A stretch of 64,000 nucleotides of DNA from Nitrospirota bacterium. Its GTDB lineage: Bacteria > Nitrospirota > Thermodesulfovibrionia > Thermodesulfovibrionales > JdFR-86. Under the pieces are notes generated by a model that was given only the letters and a program-made list of their open reading frames with translations, did not search any database and had not been told where the DNA came from. Shown here in pieces: positions 32,323-41,313 of this stretch (position 1 is its first letter; each line of letters starts with the position of its first letter). Location: contig CAVRJY010000001.1 in NCBI GenBank assembly GCA_963721805.1, positions 608,001-672,000 of the forward strand, given 5' to 3'. The position numbers and the translations under genes were made by a program.

Positions 32323-33164
32323 CAGCCCTGCTTATCGCGCTCACGCTGCCGCTTGCCATCCTGCCGAAGGGGCTTGCGCTCAGGGCCGGAGAGGCCATTG
32401 GCGGGTTGACGTTCCTGCTCTGGGGCTCGCGGCGGCGCATAGCAATATCAAACCTCGATGCCGCGATCAGGCGCGGCGCTATCAAGACGGACCAGACCGC
32501 CCGTGCGATCATCCGGCAGAATTTCCGCAACATGGGCCGCTCGCTGGCCGAGCTCGTGAAGGTCTACTACGGGCTCGGGGACCGCATCGTTAAGTCGGTC
32601 AGGGTCGAGGGGCTCGATCATTACCAGGCCGCGCTCGATAAGGGCAGGGGCGTGATCTTCGTCGGCGGCCACTGCGGCAACTGGGAACTGATGGTGCTGT
32701 GCGTGGCCTCGAAGATCGGCCGGTTCCACGGCGTGGCGCGCAGGCAGAGCAACCCTTATGTCAACAATTTCATAATCAAGGCGAGAGAGAAGTACGGCTC
32801 TGGCGTTATCTATAAATCCGGGGCGCTCAAGAAGTTCATCACGATACTCAAAAAGGGCGACGCGGTGGGCGTGCTCATAGACCAGTCGGTGATACCGGAA
32901 GAGGGCGTGCTCGTGGACTTCCTGGGCGCTCCGGCATGGACCACGAAGACGCCCGCGCTGCTTGCGAGGAAGACCGGCGCTGCGATTCTCGCGGGGTTCA
33001 TGTACCGCACGCCCGAAGGCTATGTCATACGCATAAACCCGGAGACCGAACTTAGCGGCGACGAGGTCGAAGATACGCAAAAGTTAACGAGGTATATCGA
33101 GGAGTACGTTAGTTCTAACCCTGCGGACTGGCTTTGGATACATAGACGCTGGAAGCGCACGTAG
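32304..33164 (+). CDS. Lipid A late acyltransferase (LpxL/HtrB family)
   Basis: HCGNWE, LIDQ and WLWIHRRWK motifs. Confidence 0.88.
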   Translation: MRHLPLTALLIALTLPLAILPKGLALRAGEAIGGLTFLLWGSRRRIAISNLDAAIRRGAIKTDQTARAIIRQNFRNMGRSLAELVKVYYGLGDRIVKSVRVEGLDHYQAALDKGRGVIFVGGHCGNWELMVLCVASKIGRFHGVARRQSNPYVNNFIIKAREKYGSGVIYKSGALKKFITILKKGDAVGVLIDQSVIPEEGVLVDFLGAPAWTTKTPALLARKTGAAILAGFMYRTPEGYVIRINPETELSGDEVEDTQKLTRYIEEYVSSNPADWLWIHRRWKRT

Positions 33165-33179
33165 CGCGTTCCCTTCTTC

Positions 33180-33302
33180 AAAGCGCTCCAAATCGCTTGA
33201 TACTGCGTTGGGCATCAAAGACTCGCCCTCTATGTACGTCTCAGTACACCATCGGGCGGTCTTCTTGCCCTGCCTTGTCTGAAGACGATTTGGGCGCGCT
33301 TT
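33180..33302 (+). repeat. 123-bp palindromic repeat (RPE/MITE-like)
   Basis: AAAGCGCTCCAAATCG...CGATTTGGGCGCGCTTT with a central GTACGTC-CAGTAC hairpin. Confidence 0.9.
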
Positions 33303-33456
33303 CGGGGGGTGCCACGGGCACCTCTCCTAAAAACCGCCCAGCCGCTGCACCCCCGCTCCCCCGTGGATTTCAAATGTTATTGAGACAAAGGCATAAGCAA
33401 TATGAGAGGATATAATACGTCAAATATATTATGCCTTCTTAGGTATTCTGTTAGGG

Positions 33457-34044
33457 GTGGAAATGATTAACCTTGAAAACACAAAGCATGCTGTTATCAG
33501 TATCATCGGGCAACATGCTAGCGAATCCATGAATGATATTTTTCTGCGCAAGATAACCGATATAAACACTGTCGGTTTGAGTTACTGGCTTATTAAATCG
33601 CATCAGGCAAAACCTATCATGGTTCAGAGCATTTGCAATATGGCTAAAAGCATATTTCAGCCATGTCCTTGTTTTTTCATTGAAGCAGCAACTAAACAAG
33701 GCGCTGTCCCAACAAAGCATTCTGTTTTTGCATATGAATATTCAAAAGATTCGTTGCATTGGGAGCCATTTCCTAAAGGGTTAAGCCCTGTTACGGGAAA
33801 AATTGATACTACTTCTTATGCCCTAGTGTTCAATCAATTAGAGCTTGTTGACATGACGATTGACTTGTGGAATTATACTGACTTTCGCGATAAAGACAAC
33901 CCAATAAGGATCTATCAGGGGGCTTCAACCTTGTGCGCGGTTAAGCAAGATTTGAATAACCCTTTAGGAAAAATAAAATCACGGTACAGAAAAGTGGTAG
34001 CCGTAGGCATATTAGCCGATCCGTATTGTGTCTATCTTAAATGA
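33457..34044 (+). CDS. AT-rich hypothetical protein
   Basis: 195-aa ORF with markedly lower GC than its flanks. No family recognised. Confidence 0.7.
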   Translation: MEMINLENTKHAVISIIGQHASESMNDIFLRKITDINTVGLSYWLIKSHQAKPIMVQSICNMAKSIFQPCPCFFIEAATKQGAVPTKHSVFAYEYSKDSLHWEPFPKGLSPVTGKIDTTSYALVFNQLELVDMTIDLWNYTDFRDKDNPIRIYQGASTLCAVKQDLNNPLGKIKSRYRKVVAVGILADPYCVYLK

Positions 34045-34153
34045 AACTATCGGGCTAACCAACATCCCGACCACACCCGCCATGTATAAGTTCCGATCAA
34101 ATCTATTCCACGGGGGAGCGGGGGTCCAGCGGCTGTGCCGCGTCTAACCCCCG

Positions 34154-34276
34154 AAAGCGCGCCCAAATCGTCTTCAGACAAGGCAGGGCGAGAAGACCGC
34201 CCGATGGTGTACTTGGACGTACATAGAGGGCGAGTCTTTGAAGCCCAACGACGTATCAAGCGATTTGGCGCGCTTT
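34154..34276 (-). repeat. 123-bp palindromic repeat, inverted copy
   Basis: Reverse complement of the 33180 copy with few mismatches. Confidence 0.9.
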
Positions 34277-34309
34277 AAAGAAGGTGACGTGAGCGGGTAA
34301 AGCTTCCGC

Positions 34310-34747
34310 TCACTCCCAGCTGTTGGTGTCCTTATCTTCCCCTTCTCCGCCCTGCTGTCCGTCACGTCCGTAAGAGGACATGTCGTATTCGCCGTGCGTG
34401 CCGGGGCAGACGTAGATATACGGCTTCCCCCAGGGGTCATTCGGCACCGCCTTGGGCAGGTACGGCCCGGCCCAGTTGGGCATGTTCGGGTTGCTCTGCA
34501 GCGAGGCCAGCCCCTCCTGGGTGGTGGGGTAGCGGCCTGTGTCGAGCCTCATCTGGTCTAGTGCGTGGCCCAACAGTTCGATCTGGGCCTTTGCAGCGGC
34601 GAGCTTGCTCGTGCCGACCTTCGGGAAGAGCTTGGGCCCGACGAGCGCGGCCAGAAGCCCGATTATTACCATAACTACGAGCAGCTCCACGAGCGTGAAG
34701 CCCCCGCGGCCCTTAACTCCGGTACTCAAGTCCTGTCTTAGTTTCAT
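34310..34747 (-). CDS. gspG: Type II secretion major pseudopilin GspG
   Basis: GFTLVELLVV prepilin motif plus YPTTQEGL, DPWG and SYGRDGQQGG. Confidence 0.92.
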   Translation of the reverse strand: MKLRQDLSTGVKGRGGFTLVELLVVMVIIGLLAALVGPKLFPKVGTSKLAAAKAQIELLGHALDQMRLDTGRYPTTQEGLASLQSNPNMPNWAGPYLPKAVPNDPWGKPYIYVCPGTHGEYDMSSYGRDGQQGGEGEDKDTNSWE

Positions 34748-34898
34748 ATTCTAATTATAAAGCTATGCCCACGGTTTCATCAAGTGGGGAGCGGTTCCGC
34801 CTTCATATTTTATGCATATTTTGCACCCCCTCCTTTCTCTGTCAGCGCGGTTTCACATTTGATTTTAGGGTTTAAGCTTGGGTATCATTAAATTTCCC

Positions 34899-36098
34899 AT
34901 GGAAACCAAGCGGATTATAGAAGAATCGGCGGCTTACGTCATGAACACCTATGGCCGCTTCCCCCTTGTGATACGCAAGGGCCGGGGACTGACGGTCTGG
35001 AACCCGGAGGGCAAGGAGTACCTGGACTTCGTAGGCGGCATAGCTACCAACGTCTTGGGCCACTGCCACCCCAACGTCGTCGTCGCGATCCAGAAGCAGG
35101 CCCAGCGCCTGCTGCACGTCTCGAACCTCTACCATATAGAGCCTCAGGTGAAGCTCGCCAAGATGCTCGTCGAGAACTCCTTCGCCTCGAAGGCGTTTTT
35201 CTGCAACTCCGGGGCCGAGGCCAACGAGGCCGCGATCAAGCTCGCGCGCAAATACGCGGTCGAGCACCTGGGCAAGGACCGCCACACGATCATCACCGCT
35301 AAGGGCTCGTTCCACGGCCGGACGTACGGCGCTCTCTCGGCCACCGGGCAGGAGAAGTTCCACAAGGGGTTCGAGCCGATGCTGCCGGGCTTCGTGAATG
35401 TCCCGTTTAACGACGTCCCCGCGATCGAGAAGGCCATCGACAGGCATACCTGCGCGGTGCTGCTCGAGCCGATACAGGGCGAATCAGGGGTGCGCATCCC
35501 GGCCCCCGATTACCTTAAAAACGTACGCCGCCTCTGTGACGAGCACGGCGTCCTGCTGATACTCGACGAGGTCCAGACCGGCATGGGACGCACCGGGAAG
35601 CTCTTCGCATACGAGCACTTCGGCATAACGCCGGACATCATGACGCTTGCCAAGGGGCTCGGCGGCGGCATGCCGATAGGCGCGATGGTCGCGACCGAGA
35701 AGGTCAGCCAGGCGTTCAAGCCCGGAGACCACGCATCGACGTTCGGCGGAAACCCGCTGGCGTGCGCCGCGGCCGTGGCCACGCTCGAGACTATCCTCGA
35801 CAGCGGGCTGCTGCTGGACCAGTGCACCCGCATGGGCGCGCTGCTCAAAGAGAGGCTCCTGAAGATGAAGGAGGAGTTCTCGAGCGTCGTGGTCGAGGTG
35901 CGCGGGATGGGCCTGCTGGTTGGGATGGAACTCACGCACGAGTGCGGCCCGATAGTGAAGGCTTGCCTGGAGCACGGGCTGCTGATTAATTGCGCCTCGG
36001 GCAACGTCCTGCGCTTCATGCCCCCGCTGATCGTGCAGCCCAAGGATATCGAGCAGATGGCCGAGATACTCGAAGAAGTGATGGAGCGGGTCTCGTAG
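34899..36098 (+). CDS. argD: Acetylornithine aminotransferase
   Basis: NSGAEANE, FHGRT, DEVQTG and AKGLGGG motifs, next to argF. Confidence 0.92.
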   Translation: METKRIIEESAAYVMNTYGRFPLVIRKGRGLTVWNPEGKEYLDFVGGIATNVLGHCHPNVVVAIQKQAQRLLHVSNLYHIEPQVKLAKMLVENSFASKAFFCNSGAEANEAAIKLARKYAVEHLGKDRHTIITAKGSFHGRTYGALSATGQEKFHKGFEPMLPGFVNVPFNDVPAIEKAIDRHTCAVLLEPIQGESGVRIPAPDYLKNVRRLCDEHGVLLILDEVQTGMGRTGKLFAYEHFGITPDIMTLAKGLGGGMPIGAMVATEKVSQAFKPGDHASTFGGNPLACAAAVATLETILDSGLLLDQCTRMGALLKERLLKMKEEFSSVVVEVRGMGLLVGMELTHECGPIVKACLEHGLLINCASGNVLRFMPPLIVQPKDIEQMAEILEEVMERVS

Positions 36099-36103
36099 CG
36101 GCG

Positions 36104-37003
36104 ATGAAGAGGGACTTCCTTACATTAAGGGACATTACGCCTGCCGAGATGGCGGCCCTGCTTGGGCGCGCCGCCGCGCTTAAGTCAGGCGCGGACAAGT
36201 CGAGCTGCCCCCTGATCGGCAAGAGCGTGGGGCTGATATTCGAGAAGAGCTCCACACGGACGCGCGTATCGTTCGAGACCGGCATATACCAGCTCGGCGG
36301 GCAGGCCGTGTTCATAAACTCCGGACAGAGCCAGATGGGCCGGGGCGAGACGCTCTCGGATACCGCGGCCATACTCTCAAGATACCTCCATGCCATCGTC
36401 ATCCGCACCTACGAGCACTCGAGGGTGCAGGAGATCGCCTCACACGCGACCGTGCCGGTGATAAACGGCCTTTCGGACATGCACCATCCCTGCCAGGCCC
36501 TGGGCGACATGCAGACGATAATCGAGCGCAAGGGCCGCCTCCAGGGCGTCAGGCTCGCATACATCGGCGACGGCAACAACGTCGCGCACTCTCTGATCGA
36601 GGCCGCGGTGATGGGCGGCATGGAACTTACGCTTGCGTGCCCGGCAGGATACGAGCCCAACCCCGGCATACTGAAGCGCGCCGAGGCCGAGGGCAAGGTC
36701 AGGCTTACGCGCGACCCCATGGAGGCCGCGAAAGGCGCCGACGTGCTCTATACCGACGTATGGGTGAGCATGGGCATGGAGGACGAGGCCGCGGAGCGCA
36801 GGAAGATCTTCGCCCCATACCAGATCAACGCGGCGCTCCTCTCGGCGGCCGCGCCGGATGCGATAGTGATGCACTGCCTTCCGGCCCACAGGGGCGAGGA
36901 GATCACGGACGAGGTCATGGACGGCCCCCGGAGCGCGGTCTTCGACCAGGCCGAAAACAGGCTCCATTCGCAGAAGGCCCTGCTGGAGTTCCTGATCAAA
37001 TAG
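36104..37003 (+). CDS. argF: Ornithine carbamoyltransferase
   Basis: SSTRTRVSF, HPCQ and HCLPAHRG motifs. Confidence 0.95.
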   Translation: MKRDFLTLRDITPAEMAALLGRAAALKSGADKSSCPLIGKSVGLIFEKSSTRTRVSFETGIYQLGGQAVFINSGQSQMGRGETLSDTAAILSRYLHAIVIRTYEHSRVQEIASHATVPVINGLSDMHHPCQALGDMQTIIERKGRLQGVRLAYIGDGNNVAHSLIEAAVMGGMELTLACPAGYEPNPGILKRAEAEGKVRLTRDPMEAAKGADVLYTDVWVSMGMEDEAAERRKIFAPYQINAALLSAAAPDAIVMHCLPAHRGEEITDEVMDGPRSAVFDQAENRLHSQKALLEFLIK

Positions 37004-37019
37004 TGCTAGGCTTCTCCTT

Positions 37020-37652
37020 ATGGACGACAAGAAGCGCGTATCAAAGATCATCGCCCTCCTTAGAAAACAATACCCGGTACTGAAGTGCGCGCTGCACTAT
37101 AAAACCCCCTTCGAACTTCTCGTGGCCACGATACTCTCGGCCCAGAGCACCGACGTGCAGGTCAACAAGCTCACCCCTGCGCTGTTTGCGAGGTACCGCG
37201 ATATAAAGGACTATGCCGGGGCACCAATAGCCGAACTCGAGGCCGCGGTGGGCAGCGTTAATTTCTTCAGGAACAAGGCGAAGAACATACAGGCCTCGGC
37301 GCGCAAGATCGTCTCGGAGTTCGGGGGCGAGGTGCCGCGCACGATGGCCGAACTCATAACGCTGCCCGGGGTGGCGCGAAAGACCGCGAACATCGTGCTT
37401 TCGGAGGCCTTCGGCGTCGTCGAGGGGATAGCGGTGGACACGCATGTCCTGAGGCTCGCAGGGAGGCTCGTGCTCAGCGCCAACACCGATCCGGTGAAGG
37501 TCGAGCGCGACCTCATGGCGAGCGTCCCGCGCAAGGACTGGGCCGCATTGTCGCTCATGCTGATCTCGCACGGACGCGCGGTATGCGCGGCCAAGACCCC
37601 GCGCCATTCGGAGTGCGTGTTAGCGGAGATCTGCCCCTCCAGAAATATTTGA
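37020..37652 (+). CDS. nth: Endonuclease III
   Basis: LLVATILSAQ, LPGVARKTA and VDTHV motifs. The Fe-S motif reads C-x6-H-x2-C-x5-C. Confidence 0.92.
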   Translation: MDDKKRVSKIIALLRKQYPVLKCALHYKTPFELLVATILSAQSTDVQVNKLTPALFARYRDIKDYAGAPIAELEAAVGSVNFFRNKAKNIQASARKIVSEFGGEVPRTMAELITLPGVARKTANIVLSEAFGVVEGIAVDTHVLRLAGRLVLSANTDPVKVERDLMASVPRKDWAALSLMLISHGRAVCAAKTPRHSECVLAEICPSRNI

Positions 37653-37672
37653 AATCGGATTTAAAATCTTAC

Positions 37673-37702
37673 TTGACTTATCCATGTGTGGAGAGCTATA
37701 GT
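37673..37702 (+). promoter_or_regulatory. Sigma70-like promoter upstream of the structured RNA
   Basis: TTGACT-N18-TATAGT. Confidence 0.6.
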
Positions 37703-37746
37703 CTTTGTTGCCTTAACCTTGCTGGAAGGTTTTCGATCCGGATTGA

Positions 37747-37944
37747 CGGGTCGGGGCTCGGCGCCATGCGTAGAAATGGCGGGAGTGACATAAAGAGGGC
37801 CGGCCAGGTGAGAAAGGAGGCGATTGGAGAGGCGGAAGGACGCTTTTCGGACGGGACCCGGTGACAGGGGCGAGAGTAATCTCAACCGCCACGGCCGGAG
37901 GAGGGGAATCACCCGACGATAAGCGAGCTGATAAGCCCGGCCCG
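37747..37944 (+). ncRNA. Candidate structured non-coding RNA (unassigned family)
   Basis: Nested long-range helices and GNRA-type hairpins in a 440-nt intergenic region. Confidence 0.6.
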
Positions 37945-38090
37945 ATTGCGATAAATTTTTAGTTGACGCCTCAGGTTTTGATGTATAATTGACGCAGAAA
38001 ATGAATCCCGTAAACTTTCCTTGAAGGTTCTCGGGAAGAAGTGCCGCATGCACAAGGCATGCTGGATAAAGGAAAAAGGAGAGATCAGGA

Positions 38091-38735
38091 ATGAAGCATG
38101 TAGCAAAATTTCTTCTCGTAGGTATCCTTGCCATAGCGTTTCTGGCCGGTTGCGCCAAGCAGCCCACCCAGGAGATGAATGACACCAAGGCAGCAGTAGC
38201 AGCAGTCGTTGCAGACCAGGGCGACAAGTACTCCCCCGAGGAGACCAAGAAGCTCAACGACGACCTCGCAGCAGCCAACGCCGAAGTGAAGGTCCAGGAC
38301 GAGAAGTTCTTCAAGAACTACGACAAGGCCAAGGGCATGCTCGCCAAGGTCAAGGCTGATTCAGATGCAGTGAAGGCCGCCCTCCCGGCTAAGAAGGAGA
38401 AGGCGAAGCAGGATGCAATGGCAGCTCTCGACGCGGCCAAGACCGCCGCTGCCGACGCGAAGGCTCTTCTTGCAAAGGCCCCCAAGGGCAAAGGCACCAC
38501 GCAGGACATCGAGGCCATGAAGGCTGATATGGCCGGTATCGACGAGTCGCTCCCGCAGATCCAGGGCATGATCGACAACGGTGACTACTTCGGCGCGCTC
38601 GAGAAGGCCAAGGCCGTCTCCGACAAGGCCGCAGCCATCTCCGCCCAGATCACCGAGGCGATGGCCAAGAAGAAGGTAGCAGCCCCGAAGGCCGCCAAGA
38701 AGGCCGCCAAGAAGGCCAAGAAGGCAGCGAAGTAA
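38091..38735 (+). CDS. Ala/Lys-rich helical lipoprotein with a KKAAK tail
   Basis: FLAGC lipobox, two helical repeats and a C-terminal AAKKAAKKAKKAAK. Confidence 0.8.
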   Translation: MKHVAKFLLVGILAIAFLAGCAKQPTQEMNDTKAAVAAVVADQGDKYSPEETKKLNDDLAAANAEVKVQDEKFFKNYDKAKGMLAKVKADSDAVKAALPAKKEKAKQDAMAALDAAKTAAADAKALLAKAPKGKGTTQDIEAMKADMAGIDESLPQIQGMIDNGDYFGALEKAKAVSDKAAAISAQITEAMAKKKVAAPKAAKKAAKKAKKAAK

Positions 38736-38763
38736 GGAGCATTGACGGGAAGCCGACGGTTTC

Positions 38764-39861
38764 GTGATACGGGACCTGATTAGAAGTTTGCTGGCATTGA
38801 CGGTACTGCTGGCCCTCATGGGCTGCAGCACCCCGCCCGCACCTCCAGAGGTTGAGCAAGCCAGAGCTCAGGACCTCAACCTCTGGAGGGAGGGCGCAAA
38901 ACTCCACATCCCCCTTGAGTATTCCGAATACACGGCACGCCTCGATAAGGCGCGCGAGGACTTCGCCAGGGAGTCCGCCAAGCTCCCGATCCTGATAAGC
39001 TACAAGGCTGTCACTGCGGAATTCGCTAACGTCATCACCGACGGTGACGCGCTCATGGGAAGGCTCAAGAGCCTCAAGGCCCAGCGCGAGGCGCTCGTCG
39101 CGTCGCGCATTGCCGAGGTAGAGGATTCGCTCCGGCGCGTGGACGAGCTCAGCTCGATGCTCAACGAAAAGCGCCTGTCGAGCCGCAACATCACCAAGGC
39201 CGAGATATTGATCAAGGAGGCCAGGGGCTACAACGCGAACTATGCCTTCGACAAGGCCGACAAGGCGCTCTCGGAGGCCGGCGTGCTCATCGATTTCGCG
39301 AAGTGCTCGGTCGTGCCCCTCCTGAAGCGCTATGTCGACGTCTCCCACATCAATCAGTGGAAGCGCCAGGTGGACGAGACGGTCGCTGCCTCCTCCGCCA
39401 AAGGCTCATATGCTATCATTATCAGTAAGCTTGACCGCAGACTCATCCTTTATAAGGCCGGAAGGCCATACAAGACCTTCCGCGTCGGCATCGGGCGCAA
39501 CGGCGCCTCGGACAAGCTCCACTCCGGGGACATGGCGACCCCCGAGGGCAGGTACTACATAACGAAAAAGAACCCCCGGAGCAGGTACTACAAGGCCATG
39601 CTCATCAACTATCCCAACGAAGATGACCGCGCCAGGTTCGCCTCGGCCAAGCGCCGGGGCGTGATCGGGCGCTCGGCCGGCATCGGCGGGCTGGTCGAGA
39701 TACACGGAGGCGGCGACGACAGCATGACATACGGCTGCATTGCGCTCGACAACAACGACCTGGACGACCTATATAGGCTGGTTGGGGTAGGCACGCCGGT
39801 GACTATAGTGGGCGTGACGGGCATGGACCCGGCGCTTTGCTCAAAGATGGAGGGCATATAA
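38764..39861 (+). CDS. L,D-transpeptidase family lipoprotein
   Basis: LMGC lipobox, TPEGRY and EIHGG...TYGCIAL catalytic motif. Confidence 0.85.
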   Translation: MIRDLIRSLLALTVLLALMGCSTPPAPPEVEQARAQDLNLWREGAKLHIPLEYSEYTARLDKAREDFARESAKLPILISYKAVTAEFANVITDGDALMGRLKSLKAQREALVASRIAEVEDSLRRVDELSSMLNEKRLSSRNITKAEILIKEARGYNANYAFDKADKALSEAGVLIDFAKCSVVPLLKRYVDVSHINQWKRQVDETVAASSAKGSYAIIISKLDRRLILYKAGRPYKTFRVGIGRNGASDKLHSGDMATPEGRYYITKKNPRSRYYKAMLINYPNEDDRARFASAKRRGVIGRSAGIGGLVEIHGGGDDSMTYGCIALDNNDLDDLYRLVGVGTPVTIVGVTGMDPALCSKMEGI

Positions 39862-39864
39862 TCC

Positions 39865-40491
39865 GTGAAGGCTTTGAAATGGGCTCTCATAGCGGTCTTC
39901 TCGCTGTTCGTGCTGGTCGAGGCGGCCGGGTATATCGTCTCTATCCGCAGCGGCAGGCATACTGAGGCTGTCTCGGAGAAGCCGAAAGACCCAGCAGCCC
40001 TAATGGCGGCGAATACGAAGCTTGAGGCGAAGCTCCGCGCGCTTGCGCCCAAGGGCGTCTACATAGTGATCGATACCGGCGGCAGCCGGCTTTATATCAG
40101 AAACGGCAGCGACGTCGTGCGCGAATGCATCGTCTCAAGCGGCAACGGAAACGTGCTCGAAGACCCCGCGACCGGCAAGAAATGGACCTTCGACACCCCT
40201 AGAGGCGAGTTCACCGTAAAGTCCAAGGCCCGCGAACCGGTCTGGATCAAGCCCAACTGGGCGTTCGTCGAAGAAGGCGAGTCGGCCCCGAAGGATTACA
40301 AGGACAGGGCCGAGGCTGGCGTTCTCGGCGACTATGCCCTGGGGATAGGAAACGGTTTCTTCATGCATGGTACGCTCTATACCAGGCTCCTGGGGCGAAA
40401 CGTAACCCACGGCTGCGTCCGTATGGGCGATGAAGACCTGGAGGCGCTGTTTAAGGCGTCGCCGCTCGGGACCCATGTATACATATTCTAG
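39865..40491 (+). CDS. L,D-transpeptidase (YkuD domain)
   Basis: TPRGEF, PVWIKP and MHGT...THGCVRM motifs. Confidence 0.88.
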   Translation: MKALKWALIAVFSLFVLVEAAGYIVSIRSGRHTEAVSEKPKDPAALMAANTKLEAKLRALAPKGVYIVIDTGGSRLYIRNGSDVVRECIVSSGNGNVLEDPATGKKWTFDTPRGEFTVKSKAREPVWIKPNWAFVEEGESAPKDYKDRAEAGVLGDYALGIGNGFFMHGTLYTRLLGRNVTHGCVRMGDEDLEALFKASPLGTHVYIF

Positions 40492-40500
40492 GAAAAGGCG

Positions 40501-41199
40501 ATGAAGATGAAAGCCATATATATGATTGTCTCCGCGCTCGCAGCCGCGCTCGCGCTGTTCATCTGCGCGGCGCCGGCCAGGGCCGCGGCCGACGCTTACT
40601 CTGAAAACAGGCTGCTTCAGGCCGAGCTTGCGCTCGCGATGAAACCCGACATATATTTCATCGTGGACCTGGATGCGAACAAGGTCTACTTCAAGGCGCG
40701 GGGCATAGCGCTGAAGGAGATCGCGATTCTGGGCAAGAGGTTCTGGGGCAGGACCCCGGAGATCGAGGCCAGAGAGCTGATCGGGAAGTCCGTGCCGATA
40801 GTGAGAAAGCGTGAGGAAATCTCCTCTGACGACGAGCCGGTGCCGGGCGCGACCACTCAGCCCCCGGTGCTGAAAAACGCAGCGCCCGCGCCTAACGCAT
40901 CCGCGTTCGAGGTCAATGCCCTCGAACTCAGGGACATGCCCGCCTCTTACAGCATTAAATTCGAAAAGGGCATCAGCCTGGTCGTCCGGCCCGAGCCCGT
41001 TGGGGCGGGGCAGAAGGCCCTTTCGCTGGCCCGCAAGGCAGGGTGGTACGCCTATATGCCGGTGCTGACACTTTGGAAGACCGTGAAGAAAGAGCCCGTC
41101 AGGGTGGTCCAGATCACCCTTAACGCCAAGGACGCGCAGGCCCTGTACTGGGCGCTCCATGACGGGAACTCGGTGATCTTCTACGCGCCGCAGAAGTAA
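40501..41199 (+). CDS. Exported hypothetical protein
   Basis: Signal peptide ending ARA-AAD, in the same operon as the transpeptidases. Confidence 0.7.
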   Translation: MKMKAIYMIVSALAAALALFICAAPARAAADAYSENRLLQAELALAMKPDIYFIVDLDANKVYFKARGIALKEIAILGKRFWGRTPEIEARELIGKSVPIVRKREEISSDDEPVPGATTQPPVLKNAAPAPNASAFEVNALELRDMPASYSIKFEKGISLVVRPEPVGAGQKALSLARKAGWYAYMPVLTLWKTVKKEPVRVVQITLNAKDAQALYWALHDGNSVIFYAPQK

Positions 41200-41313
41200 G
41201 TAACAGCCAGTCGACTGCTTATTTAAAGCGCTCCAAATCGCTTGATACTGCGTTGGGCTGCGAAGACGCGCCCTCTATGTACGTCTCAGTACACCATCGG
41301 GCGGTCTTCTCGC

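Noticed and set aside
33197..33415. Short ORFs beginning MILRWASKTRP at several loci
   Set aside because: They are translations of the palindromic repeat, with no SD and inconsistent 3' ends.
33450..34059. Integron cassette (GTTAGGG before and GGCTAAC after the orphan ORF)
   Set aside because: The two core-like sites are only partly complementary, I could not fold a convincing attC, and the only tyrosine recombinase present is a standard XerD.
37747..37944. Assignment to RNase P, SRP, tmRNA, or a cobalamin or c-di-AMP riboswitch
   Set aside because: The hallmark motifs (GAGGAAAGTCC, the SRP helix-8 loop context, tRNA-like ends, riboswitch cores) were not found by eye. A divergent 6S RNA cannot be excluded without Infernal.
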